Assembly (NCBI GenBank): GCA_010093605.1 | Contig: MU004183.1 | Span: 1,550,001-1,614,000, forward strand | DNA length: 64,000 nucleotides | From: Lophium mytilinum | Taxonomy: Eukaryota | Reading direction: 5' to 3' | Part shown: one piece after another, positions 48,867-61,378 of the stretch | How positions within the stretch are numbered: the first letter of the stretch is position 1 | Layout: each line of letters begins with the position of its first letter | Notes under the pieces: generated by a model | Database searches by the model: none | The model's input: only the letters and a program-made list of their open reading frames with translations | What the model was told of the DNA's origin: nothing | Program-made: the position numbers and the translations under genes

Positions 48867-50143
48867 ACACTATCTGAGGTTACCCGGAGAGCTATTGAGA
48901 CTTACCAACTTAATACTCTATTAGGACCTTAGGCAGCAAGGCAGATTACACTTAGAAGTCTAGAGAACATGTACCTTAGAAGGGGCTTATAGAATAAAAT
49001 CCGTAGGGATTCTTAAACTTCTTCCTTATTCAATAGACTAACTTATCGTTAATTTCATTAGTGTGACCTGTACCGCTGTCATGAAAGTGGCAGGTGCTTT
49101 GAAAGCCTGTCAATCGTCTGTGATGATATGACCCTGCTTCTTTCCGCGTCCTAAGTCGTTCGATAGTACTTCGTAACATAAATGGTATGAACCAAACATA
49201 CTAAGCTGACTTATAAGATTGATCGCCCATCGGAGTTCCAGCGCACTTCATGATCTATTTCTTGCCAGGTTCGGGCCATCAGCGCTGGTCCGGAAGAGCA
49301 GCCGATGGCACTGCACAAAGATGATGAAATGACAGTCGGCCAGCGAGGAGCGACGAATTATCTGGAGCGGGCGAGGTGTGAGAAAATAGTGGAGAAAGGG
49401 TTCGCGGCGCGAGGCGAGGCCGCCAACGTCCCCCTGAAACCATCTTGACACAGCACCCAAAACGTGCCTGGAGATTCCCGCGGGCTTCCTGCCGTTCAAT
49501 CAGCCTCTTTCCCAAGGCAAAAAAAGAATGTTGCAAGCCATTGCGGTTTCAGACGCTGTTCTTCGCGTGCCGCCATGCCCTTCTCAGGCCTGCTGTTCTC
49601 CCCATTCGTCCCCAGGCCCGATGCTTCCAGACCATCACACCGCAGTGCGATACGCCTCCTCGCCCGCTCATCCCCTCCTGTCGCAGCTTGTGCTGCTTGC
49701 GCAGGGAGAGCGTGGCCTGATCTTAGAAACCACATCGCTACCCGTCGAGCTTTTGCTCTAGCCCACGCGTCAACCATGTTGCCGCCGCACCAGCTCGAGC
49801 CTCCCTTTCATGCACATTGCTTATAGTCGTGTGTTTCCCCCCGTAAGCCTCCCGTTTTATCGCCGAGCACTCTTTTAGCCGGCTACAATTAGAATCTTTC
49901 GCGTGTCCTTCTCTTCTTCGGTGCAGGTACCACTGTTAGTAAGTCTCCCTGCAAGCCTTGCTGCTTGTTCAAGATGCTGATGCTGCAGCTGCAGATATTT
50001 GATCATTCCTTGAACCCGTCAATACTTTTACTCGGCCATTTCAGCAGGCTCTGAACATCGGCGAGAGTCTGATCCCGAGGACCCCTCCCTGGAACGTCTT
50101 GTCTTTCCGTGCCGTCTTACGAACAACCGATTCCATTTCGACC

Positions 50144-52094
50144 ATGTCCTATTCGAGCAGTCTCACAGGGAAGGAGAGGTCGAGATGGCCGCCCCTGACC
50201 CGCATGCTGCAGTCCGGGGAGATGACTGACGAAGCGCCACGAGAGTTGTTCCTCAAGGAGAAGATTGATCGATGGTGCGCCTAAGAAGGAAGCTATTTAG
50301 AATCTTAGCTAATCAGTTCTTAGGATGGTGAACGAGGGATATCGAAGACTGTGAGTGCTAGCCGTGGACGAGCACAACGAACTTTTGCTAACCCTTAAAA
50401 GATTCGTCTTCGTGTTTCTAATTCTACATCTGATGGTCTTCATCTTCGGCATGATGAATTACGGCCTGACGGTAACTTGCCCCATATCTCACAAGGCGGA
50501 ATCTTGCTAATTCGGAGTATTAGGATCGATCCGTTAACGCTCGCGCCATGTTGGGATTAACATTCCCAATTGCTCGATCTGCAGCTCTCGTGCTTCATGT
50601 CGATATTGCGCTGCTCCTGTTTCCAGTCTGCCGCAATTTCATCTCGATGCTCCGGCGAACGCCTCTAAATGGCATCATTCCATTTGACAAGAATATCACT
50701 TTCCACAAACTAACTGCCTGGTCTATCGTTTTTTTCTCCTGGGTTCACACCATTGCCCATTTGAACAATGTTGCCCGATTGGCGGCCTTCAACAAGATTG
50801 GATTCAAGGGATTCATCAAGCTCAACTTTCTGACTGGTCCCGGATGGTCTGGATACGTTCTGATAATCACTCTCATGCTCATCGCTTGGACGGCCATGGA
50901 GAAACAGAAGAAAGCAAACTTCGAGCGCTTCTGGTACACACACCATCTCTTCGTTGTCTTCTTTATCTTCTGGTCCATTCATGGCGCATTCTGCATGATC
51001 AAGCCTGATTTTGCGCCCTTTTGCTCTGGTATTGGTGTTTTCTGGGAATACTGGATGTTTGGCGCATTTCTTTACTTGGCAGAGCGAATCTCAAGAGAGA
51101 TTCGAGGGCGACACAAGACCTTTGTCTCCAAGGTTATCCAGCATCCGAGCAATGTTGTTGAGATTCAGATCAAGAAAGAGCACACCAAGACCCGGGCCGG
51201 ACAGGTATGAGCAAAATCCTCAAACATCCTGCTGAAGCTAACGTCATCCTAGTACATCTTTTTGTGCTGCCCTGAAGTCTCTGTCTGGCAATACCACCCC
51301 TTCACTCTGACCAGCGCACCAGAGGAAGACTACATTTCAGTTCACGTTAGAATGGTAGGAAACTTCACCAAGGCTTTGGGCAAAGCCCTCGGTTGCGAAG
51401 AATCTAAGAGGGGCGATTCAAAGGGAGAAAAGGGAGCCATAGTGAAGAACATCGATGATGAAGGACAAGCAACACTACGCAAAGTCCTTCCTCGCGTATA
51501 CATCGACGGACCTTTCGGAAGTGCATCAGAGGATGTGTTCAAGTTTGAGATCGCCGTCCTCGTCGGTGCTGGTATTGGAGTAACCCCCTTTGCCTCCATC
51601 CTCAAGAGCATCTGGTACCGCATGAACTACCCCCAGGGCCGCACACGCCTACGCAAAGTCTACTTCTTCTGGATCTGCAGAGACTTTGGGTCCTTCGAAT
51701 GGTTCCGCTCCCTGCTCCTAGCTATCGAGGCACAGGATCTTGAGGACCACATTGAGATCCACACTGTAAGTGCTTTCTCCTCCATGGAGTCCGGCCACTT
51801 GGACTAACTCTGCTATAGTACCTCACTGCCAAGATCAAGGTAGACGACGCAACGAACATCATGATCAACGACGCCAACGCCGAGCAAGACGCCATCACCG
51901 GCCTGCGCGCACCCACAAACTTCGGCCGCCCCAACTGGGACATGATCTTCAAGTCTATCCGCAAGATCCACGCGCCTGCCGAAGCCGGCGTGTTCTTCTG
52001 CGGGCCCAAGCCGCTCGGCAGCGTGCTGCACCAGAAGTGCAACATGTACTCCGAGCCTGGCTTTAATTTTGTGTGGGGCAAGGAAAACTTTTAG
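50144..52094 (+). CDS. noxB: NADPH oxidase B (Nox2)
   Basis: N-terminal RWPPLTRML extension typical of NoxB. Heme His pairs, HPFTLTSAP, DGPFG, GAGIGVTPF, CGP and KENF*. Five coding introns, plus a probable 5'UTR intron starting at 49939. Confidence 0.93.
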
Positions 52095-53889
52095 ATGTTT
52101 GCGGTCCGCTGTGGGGTTTCGGGCTGCTTTATCTGGTTTGCGTATTGGGTGCTTTGGTTAGCCGGTCTGTTACTATACCTGTTATATATTTACACTTGCC
52201 AAATATGGAAAGTGTTTCTGATTGCTAGATCTTTGGTTGGCTTTCGCTGCGTGCGGCGTGGTCGGCTGGGATTGTGGCCTATAGATGGAATATAAGATCA
52301 TGGAAAGAGTTTGGGCGCATTCGATGGTATTGATGTGTTCCTGTTAAGAAATGCGGGGCGTCTCAACGGATGAGGGCATGGACAAACACGAACATAGGGA
52401 GAAAGGAGACAACCGATATTTGCTATTCCACGGTAACGTGCATCACGTCTCGTCTTCATCCGCATTCGTTCTTTCCCCATTAGAGACCATTTCTTTTTCT
52501 TATATACAGCACCTTCATGCACCTCCTCCGTCCCGTCTTCCATCTCACTTTCTCCTCCTTCGTATATACCCAGTCATACCACTCCATAGATCTATTCTTC
52601 AATGACCATCGCGAGTATATATACACCATCAACTACCGTCCCTCCTTCAACGCCCAGCTCACAGTCAGCACACCAAAGCCTGCCATGAAAGCTCAAGTGA
52701 CAGTTCGACATACCCGTACGAGACCTGTCAAAGCTTCTCAGCCCATCCACCTCCGCACTCAAATTTGACCGCACGAAAGAGCATAGCCATTGTGTCCTTA
52801 AGGTCAAATACCTCATCACTACGACCTCAAAGTACCGATATTCTACCTATAATCGCACTATTTGCAGTTGAAGAGGAATATCTTCTCAATGCAATTTCTA
52901 GCATTGCAGAGTCCGCAAAGAAAGACGTTCGTGCGACGGGGTTTCCTCCTCCTCCTCAAATATACCCACACACACCTGCACGTCCAATCCCTCAACCAAA
53001 AGAACATGATTCAAAACACTCCGCCTTCGAGCTATGTCTCTCGGCATTGCGGAACGGAGGGAAGAGAGGACGATGCTCGTCTCGGAAACCTATTATAAGG
53101 TAGAGACGACACGAGATGTGGCGGAGGCCGGTAGGCGCCAGCGAAGAAATGGCAGACGCACAGGAGAAGAGCGTCATCAGGATCTTGAAACGGTGAATGG
53201 GCTCTTAGATGAGCGGATTAACCTACTCATCGGTGAGCACGGCCCGTGCCTTTGGAGTATACGCATGCTGACGATCGCAGCTGTGTCGGAAAATCTTCCT
53301 GTGTATTGGCTGGGTCTCGCACTGTTCGCCTGCACTGCAGACTGCAGTCCTAGCTTCTTTCCGCTCTCAACGCCTCTCGCCGCCCACGATGTTCGACAGA
53401 GCCAGCCGTGTCTAGTCAAACTTTTCCTAGCCGAAGTGATTATCCATGACGATGACCACCCTATATGTTTTGGCAGACCTCTTTGAGAGCGTCGATATCA
53501 GGGGAGGAAACATCGTGGTCATCATGGCACAAATGTCCCGCTTACGGATATCAGGATGGCCATTGGTAAAGACTCGCACATGTTTGTTTACGGATGATAA
53601 CTTTGTAACGGGACAGAGGTCCGATTCATGTTGTCTTCGAAGTCCGATGGGTTAGGATCCATCTATGAAGTCTTGTGCCCAGCTACTATGGATTGATATC
53701 TTTAGTGAATTGGACAGAGCAAATGTGGCGTCTGGGCTTCGGAGACGGACGAGATGGCCAACACCATGCTTTTTCTTTCAAGGGAGCACTATACAACGAA
53801 TCGAGCAAGATGGAGGGCGCGAGGAAGTTACTCACTAGGATTCTTTCATGCCGAAGTGGCGGGATCTTGCGCAGGTCGGTGAACGACGT

Positions 53890-54000
53890 CAGCACAGTGG
53901 CATGAGAGGCACCCCGGGCAGTCTGAAACCGTGGAGTTCCTAGTAACATGCTGGGCGAACGCTGTGCTAGAGGACTGCCATGCTGAAGTTGACCGTACTT
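53890..54000 (+). pseudogene. Possible ankyrin-repeat relic
   Basis: One frame reads HERHPGQSETVEFLVTCWANAVLEDCHAE, spaced like the ankyrin consensus. No intact ORF around it. Confidence 0.25.
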
Positions 54001-54068
54001 TCGGTACCATAGCACGTGAAGCAGGCTCTCGGAATTGGTTTGGTTGTGACGTTGCGAAAGGTACGAGT

Positions 54069-54471
54069 GAATTCGTTCCGTGCGATTTGGAGTCGATTTT
54101 AGCATGTTATTGCCCTACATCATACATTAGTCCTTGTGTTCAATGATTTTGATACTGTGAGAAGTATGAAGTGGAGCCAGTCCGTGCGACTTGGAGTCGG
54201 TTTTGGCATACTATTGGTACAACTCGTAGATCAGGTCGGTAAGAGCAGTCAATTGCAACACACCCGAAATCGGATCTTGGGTTTTAGCTGATTTTTAGTG
54301 CTGTGAGAAGTATAATGGGGAGCCAGTCCGTGCGATTTGAACCCGATTTTGGCATGTTATTGGCGCGGCCCGTAAAGCAGGTCGTCATAGTTTGGCGATG
54401 GTAATACACCCAGAATCGGACCTCAGTTTCTAGGTCGATTTTGATGTCATGAGAAGCATAAAATGGAGCCA
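54069..54471. repeat. Diverged tandem repeat, ~146-147-bp unit (2 full + 2 partial copies)
   Basis: GATTTT..GAGAAG(T/C)AT..GGAGCCA recurs at 54145, 54290 and 54437. CCGTGCGA(T/C)TTG..TTTT(A/G)GCAT recurs at ~54078, 54182 and 54328. Confidence 0.85.
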
Positions 54472-54912
54472 CTACCGAAACAGGACCAACAACCAGATCG
54501 ATGATGAAGCCGTTCTCAAGCTAGTCGGCGACGATGGCAATCTGCAAGGGATTCTATACGTTGACCGGGAGAGGACAAGGAACGGGCATCCAGAGAAGTG
54601 CAGTTACTCGGATTGAAAACTTTGAATGAAGATATACATAAGACGACTATATCCTTGACGATCACATTGAATGATCACTAAGATTCTCTAGATCGGGCAT
54701 CAACCTGGGAATCTAGGATTAGACTCCTCCCGCGAGCCGCTTACTCACGAACCTGCCGTTACGTGGACTACACTTACATTCACCAACTTGCCAATTTCGT
54801 CGGGTTTATATACAACCCCGAATTTTTCTGTCTAAGGCAAGCTCTCTCTCCCCCCACTCATACACCAACGCCTCCAGAAACTAAACACCAATACGTGAAC
54901 AACTTCAAAAGA

Positions 54913-56046
54913 ATGCCCACGAATCTTTGCAATAACAAGATGACACGTAGAAAGCGCAAGTGGGCCAATGGTCATCATGAGCCAAAGAAGAGGGTAAGGA
55001 AGTGGAAGCCGGCTGGGCCCTTCAGACTCCTCGACCTGCCTAGGGAGCTACGGGACATGGTATATGGCCGTATCCTAGTACCAGTCAAACCAGACTCCCA
55101 GGTCTCGGAAACACCCATTGCATACGCCGACCCTCCAGGTCTTAAATTCGGAGAGAATGGTATAACTCACAACTTTCTCAACAAGCCGAATTTGCTGCCG
55201 CAAGTTCGTCCACTCACAACCACGAGGACTGCAATACTCCAGACGTCAAAGCAGGTAAGCAACTCTAACACTTCCGCTACATGCATCAATGAGTTCATAC
55301 TAATACCAAAGTGCGTAGGTGAATGAAGAAGCGCGAGAGATTCTTTACGAGTCTCACATCTTCCAAGTGGATATGGACGAGGGCCTCTGGCGCTTCGACA
55401 CACCTGCTCCAGCCGACGAAGACGAGAATACCGAAGAAGCACGATTGAAGGTACAATACGAGCAGCACTACCACCACGACACCGAGTATGCCGAATCAGC
55501 TCTACTCCGGGAGGCTGCGGCAGCATCGATCGGATGGGAACTATCTTCGATCCGGCGGATGCATTTGCACATCGACTTGCGTGGGGGTTGGAGCAGTTGG
55601 TGCCCTCACCGTAACTCTAAGGGCTTGGCTCCTCCGCACGACATACTCCATATCTTCAACTACTCGGGCTCTACAAGATGACGAAGCTGCGAGAATTGCG
55701 CGTTTCCTTCGTGCATGACAGTTTGGAATTCGAGCCTAAGTTGCTAGCCTTCTTTCAAGGAACGGGTCGGGCGCCACTTTCGATGCGGGACTCAATGCGA
55801 AGACTAATCTTTTCGATCTCAAAGAGCGTTGAAAAGGTACGTTGGGGTTTAAGCGCGGAAGAGAGGCTAGAGGGTGCATTCATTACCCCCATGATGACGT
55901 CGAAGGAGATCAAAGCGATCAAGAAATGCCTCAGGCTAGGGCAAGACTGGTACAACCATGTCGACGCGGAGGTCATGGAGCCATTGGCCAGAGAATTCGA
56001 GGCCTTCCGAGGTGGAGATGCCGAGTATTACTCGAATACTGTATGA
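54913..56046 (+). pseudogene. F-box-like (FxxLPxELRxxIY) protein, paralog 1, one frameshift
   Basis: FRLLDLPRELRDMVY. Intron 55255-55318. Frame breaks near 55666, where a 1-nt loss is implied by alignment to paralog 2. Confidence 0.75.
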
Positions 56047-56579
56047 GGCAGGGTGCAAGGAGTAGCAGTCTGTAGCCGAAGAGCATCAGCAAGCGGAGCT
56101 CGGGATTCCCTGATTTACTAGATGGGCTATTATAACTGTGACGTTTGAGTAGATAGGCTACGTCTCAAATGGTAAACATCAGACTTCTGACTGTACCTAT
56201 CTTTTCAAGTTTTGGCTGGCCCTAAAATACTGATACCGGCATTCGCGTGACTAATATACTTACGGATGCTTGGGCTCGCGGTTTTCACTGATACCTACGA
56301 CCTCAACACGAGAATTGATTCGGCCCTAACACCACTACTCTTCAAAGTTTCTGATAGGGGATCTGCTAGACAGTATGAGAGATACTCCTGCCTCCGGTTC
56401 CGATGCTTTGAATGCTCTTCAACAGGATGCTTCGCTCCTAGCTCTTACGTGAGTACTCACGCTCTTAATGTTGTGCACTCTCCTTTGCTACTGCCTCCAA
56501 TGGTTCGATACAATTCTAGGGGTGTGTTGCAGTAAGATTAGCTCACATATAAGAACTCCCCATACGAACGTTAGCTAAC

Positions 56580-57616
56580 ATGCGCAACTACAGCAGGACA
56601 CGTGAACAAGATGACGGCAGTACAGACCTACCAGATTTCAAGAAGCCTGCTGCTTGGACCACCAAGCATGGTCAGACGCAGAAATTCCGCTTCTTAGACC
56701 TCCCCGGTGAGCTCCGAGACATGGTGTACGGCCATCTGCTGTTGCCGGTGAGGGAAGTCTTCTATGCTGAGACCACCACGATCGTCCACACCATTCCACC
56801 ATCAGCTTCGTTTTCGTGGCATTATTCGTGGGATGATCCTCCCTCGGAAGCTGGTGTAGAGCGTCAGACATCCGGGGACTCGGACTGAGAGTCAGCCATC
56901 GAATGCGCTACTCCGTACATGCAAACAGGTACGCATACCCAAACAGTTCCATGCAAAAGGGAAATCGACGCTTACGGCTCAATCCCAATAGGTCTACGAA
57001 GAGGGAAAGGAAGTACTATACAAATCCCACATCTTCGAAGTAGACATGCGTTCGTTCCGGGCCCGCTTCGACTCACCAACGGATTCTATTCTGCCCACCC
57101 ACTGCGCGCAGCCAGACCGTATGGGACTTTCCCATGACTCGGCGACTACACATGCAGTTCAATCTCCGGGGATACGAGTTCGAGTCCGTATGGCAACGTC
57201 TCCTCTTCCCCGACCCTGCTTATTTCGCCCTCCAGGAATTCAGTTTCAAGGCCCTCCACGAGATGGCGGAGCTGCGAGAACTGCGAGTATCTTTCGTTTA
57301 TGAAGGTAACCTTCCATCGGAATTGCTGGACTTCTTGAATGAAAAAGGGCCTGCTACCCTGGTGATGCGAGATATGGTGCGAACATTGGTTGCTTCTACA
57401 CCCAAGAGTGTGATGGGGGTGCGTTGGGGTTTGAGCGCTGAAGAGGCGCTGGCAGCCGTGCTCAAGCCTGGCTATGTTCGAGTCGAGGCCGCCGTGCTGA
57501 AGGCGTTGGTGCGGGAGTTCGATGATATTCGAGCGTCGAATATAGAGTATTATGCGGATTCTGTCGTTGCAGAGAATGAAAGTTTGGGCGAAGGATTAGC
57601 TGAAGTGGCAAACTAG
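56580..57616 (+). pseudogene. F-box-like protein, paralog 2, two frameshifts
   Basis: FRFLDLPGELRDMVY. Intron 56929-56991 at the same KQ|V position as paralog 1. Frame breaks at ~56857-56888 and ~57080-57120. Confidence 0.75.
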
Positions 57617-58074
57617 GAGACACTATATTAGGAACGAGCAGCAGGTCATAATCTCTATGATCGTTTCTCATCTGCGTAGCTAGCCAAGGCAGATGACGGG
57701 GCCATCCCATAAAGCCGTAAAGGGACGCATAGGGAACCAAACTTGAAGTCAGGAGAGATGTGTGAATAGAACTGAATTGCTTGACTGACTTAAGATATTA
57801 TGAGAAATAAGAATTTAGAGTTAAGATGATTGACAAAACTAGATTCTCGCAAGCTGCGGAGAGAGGAGTATGGAATCGAGACATAACAGCAAGATCAAAA
57901 ATCGCACCTCGTTCGGAGCCAAAAACCTGCCCACAATGCGCCCTGCCCATATTATACAATGCTGACCCCAGAAAGCTCCTTACAGAGCTTTTCAAACGCC
58001 CGCTGAACCCACACACCATCATCCATCTGACTAGTCCATATATGTTCTTCCTTGCTGATTGATCACTTTCCCCA

Positions 58075-59180
58075 CTACATTCTTCGTCTTTGAGTCTGCT
58101 CCTCCACAATTTTCAGTGCCGACTGAGCCTCCTCTTGTTGTCTCTCTGCCTCTCTCGCACTCCCTCCACTAGCCCTATACCACACATCTCCACCCCACCG
58201 CAAAGCCCTCTCCGCCGCCTGCACCGGCCCATCTACCGCGGGCCTCACATCCAGATAGAACACCGGCTCTCCCGTCGGTTCCGGCGGGCCCTCATAATAA
58301 TCAATCACATATCTCAACTCCTTACACGCCCCCTCCTTATCACACCTCCTCACAAACCAATCATGGCGATCAAACGGCGGCTCCGACGCATACTTCGCCG
58401 GCCACGCCTTCGCTAGTATCTGCATCATCTGCGCCTTGGGCGTCAGCTCCCCCGGCCTCCCCGTGAACCGCACAAGCTTGGGCTCCGCAACCTCTTTATC
58501 CGCCCACTGCACGCCCGTCATGGCGGAGAACACCGTCCCCTCCTCCCCACGCTTGCAGTTCTGCCACCCCGTCGCCAGCCCCCGCGAAAACCGCCGCTCC
58601 CACTCCACGATCTCGGCCCACGCGCCCTCGTTGAGGTAGTTGTGCACGGAGACCATGCTCTCGACCGCGCTGACGTCCGTGTCGGTGTAGCCCTTGCGCA
58701 GCATCGCGTTGTACATCTGCTGCGGGGAGGGGTATTCCCAGAGGGAGCCGTCCGACTTGGGGATGGTCGAGGTCTCGCGGTCGAGGGGGAGCGCCTGGGT
58801 TTGGTGGGCCGAGTCCCGGGTGTTGGCGAGGAAGGGCATGTTGTTGAGAAGGTTGAAGAGGCCGCCGGAGGAGGGGGCGGCAGTTTGCGGAGACGCGGTC
58901 GAGGTGCTGGGTGGTTGCGAGGCGGGTGTTGGTGTGTCTGGGGGAACGTATGGACATGCGCCGGCGGGTATGGATGCGGCGTCTGGGAGGCGCGCTTTTG
59001 GTGGTGGGGATGCGGAGATGGAGTTGTGCATTGGGCAGCCGGGCTGGGGTTGTTTTAGATCAGATTGAAAGATGAGGATATGGTTGTTCAACGACTTACG
59101 GGTGGTGATGCGGCGCCTTTGGGAATGGGATGGGGGGCTATTGCCACGGTGGGCTTCGTGTCTGCCCAAAACCAACCCAT
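58075..59180 (-). CDS. CYC3: Cytochrome c heme lyase (holocytochrome c synthase)
   Basis: MGWFWAD start in exon 59180-59100, intron 59099-59044. CPM/CPY heme motifs, WEYPSPQQMYNAMLRKG, HNYLNE, FDRHDW and YVIDYY. Confidence 0.95.
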
Positions 59181-59326
59181 GGTGAGAGTTAGGAGTATAG
59201 GTCGATGGTAAAGAAGATGCGGGTGGTAAGTCCTGGGCTTTGTGGTTTTATTTGAGCGGCAAAGGGTGGCGCGGAGGTTTTCGGGGGAGAAGAAAGTTGT
59301 TAGGCCAAGCCAGCAAGGACGTCAGG

Positions 59327-59368
59327 ATTGGTAGCGCGTTCATCCTTTTATCAGCGACACGTGATTGG
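59327..59368 (-). promoter_or_regulatory. CCAAT boxes with adjacent E-box and GATA in CYC3 promoter
   Basis: CCAAT (minus strand) at 59368-59364 and 59331-59327, CACGTG at 59358-59363, TGATAA at 59353-59348. Confidence 0.5.
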
Positions 59369-60334
59369 CTGAGGTAGTCTTAGCATTGCATCCGTTCCGC
59401 TATAGAAGGCTGCATATTCTCTAATCAGGTCTATGAGTTCATTTGCTCCAAGACTCTATTCAAAGTCAAACTTTAATTCGCTACAGGAACGGTTCTGTCA
59501 CTCTGTCACCCACTTACCAAACTCCCTCGCTTGTCATGGCCATTCTCACAACTACCTTATTGCTGCTTAAATACACTTGACACTGAGAGCGGCAGGACGT
59601 GAAAATAAAGTCCAATTAGATAATTGAATGCTGCAGTTCCTCGTTGCGTTATGATGTCCTTTGAGAACGTACACTATATTGCCACTGCGACTCTAATGGC
59701 CATTCCGAATTGACATGCAAACCGCGCATCCTCGAGTATAAGTCACATGAGACCGGGATTGTCGGAGCTGATATTCAACCGTCATTGCTATCTTAGAGTT
59801 TCGATATCTCCTGGCGGAAAGACCATGCAACCTAACCTGTTGCATCATTCGAGCCGCGGGTATACAAATACACAAGTTGAAGAACAGGATGCCAGATAGA
59901 CCCGTCGCCTCGAAGCTGAGGGTATCATAAGGCAGGGTGCATGAAATGAAAAGAAATGAAAAAAGTTGTCGCAAAACACCGTCCGTCCTAACCCGCCCGT
60001 ACCAATGCCAGAGCCATAGTCACTTCCAGACCCGAACCCTTGATCCTTATTCCGTAAACGCCTCGCAGTTGTAAATCAATTAAGCAGCAGTGTCGGATGG
60101 GTGTGAGGCGTGACTTCGTGGATCATGAAGTCCGATAAGTGAAACTGTGGTGATCCGGATGGCGGCTGAGTTCTTTGCTCTACCGTTGAGGCCATCAAGG
60201 ATGTTGTACAGCATCATGACCAGCTGCGTGCTATTCGTCAAAGAGTCCTTGAAATGCGTCCTCTTTATGGAGTTAGTACACCATCAGAAAAAAGAAAACA
60301 CCGAATGCCACTGATAGGACCCCCTAGGGAGGCA

Positions 60335-61378
60335 TCATAGGCTATTTTCGGGGTCCCCAACGGATGGAGCGGAGCCTGAATGGGCAATTATAAGCCATTG
60401 TAGTCACTGAAGACATCAATGAGAAGAAACTCACCTGAAGAGGTCGGCCTATCGTCCAACTTCTGCCTCTTGTCCGGGTAGTTCGAAGACGCGGGAAGGT
60501 ACGCGGCTTCTTCGTGATGGTGCTTACCGCCATTGTTCATCTCCGGACGCGCTGCAGCAGCCTGAGCAGCCATGCGTAGCTCGCCGATCTCCCGCTCTGA
60601 GAGACCTCCAGCGATCCCGGCGGGGAGGTCTGAGTTGGTCGCATGAGCAGTCGGTGCTTCTCCGTGCGGTCTCGTCAAGTCAATGTTTGCGGGCGCAGGA
60701 GGAATCTCGCCCTGTGTTTCGAGCAGGCGGGATTGGAGGTTGATGATGTAGTCGCGGAGGGAGTAGTTCTCCGTCTGGAGGGCCTTGTACATTTCGCATA
60801 GCTGTTCGAACTCTTTGACCTGGTCCTTGAGTTGCTTGATGTACTCCTCTTTGCGCTGGCGGAATGCGCGCTGCGATGACACGTTAGTCAGCTCTTATGA
60901 AGCTGTGAGGTCTCTTGGTGAACGGGTGGTGGACGCGCGAAGCGCGAAGCTCCACGACCACCACCCCACTTGGGACCCCACGGCAAGTGTATAGGGCGAC
61001 GTGCCTGTGCTGCACGATTCTGCGCTGCTCTCTTCGAGGTGGAGAGCTCCCTCCGACCCTTGCGCCCTTCACTCATGTGGCCGTCGCCGCCGCTGTCGCC
61101 GGCGCTCATGCTGTAGCCGGTGCCGGCAATGGCTGGATCGATTGCGTGTGGACTGGACGGGTGGTTGGAATGCGCCTGAGCTGGAGAGATGGGTTGCGGT
61201 GCTGTAGGCTGGCCAGCTCCAGCAGCGAGTAAGTGTTCTCTTAAACCTGTGGGCGCATAGCTAGTTAGTGATTTGTCGAGCTGCTATGAACAGGGTAAGA
61301 GCTTACTCATCTCAATTGTTTCCTATAAAAATAGGTTAGTGTACACATACCCAACGAGCTTGGAGGATGACATACCAT
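60335..61378 (-). CDS. kapC: bZIP transcription factor, KapC-like
   Basis: LSTSKRAAQNRAAQ|RAFRQRKE..ENYSLRDYIINLQSRLLETQGE. Exons 61378-61376, 61322-61307, 61246-61005 and 60870-60435. The last exon, ending ~60335, is less certain. Confidence 0.85.

Noticed and set aside
48890..49060. TpA-rich patch after the SDR gene
   Set aside because: It could be a RIP remnant, but has no TIR, LTR or TSD and may be an ordinary terminator region.
6726..59180. Heme theme (TANGO2, NoxB, CYC3) or acetyltransferase theme (NAT, GNAT, ECO1) as a gene cluster
   Set aside because: The genes are far apart or functionally unrelated and interleaved with housekeeping genes. No PKS, NRPS or terpene synthase backbone is present.
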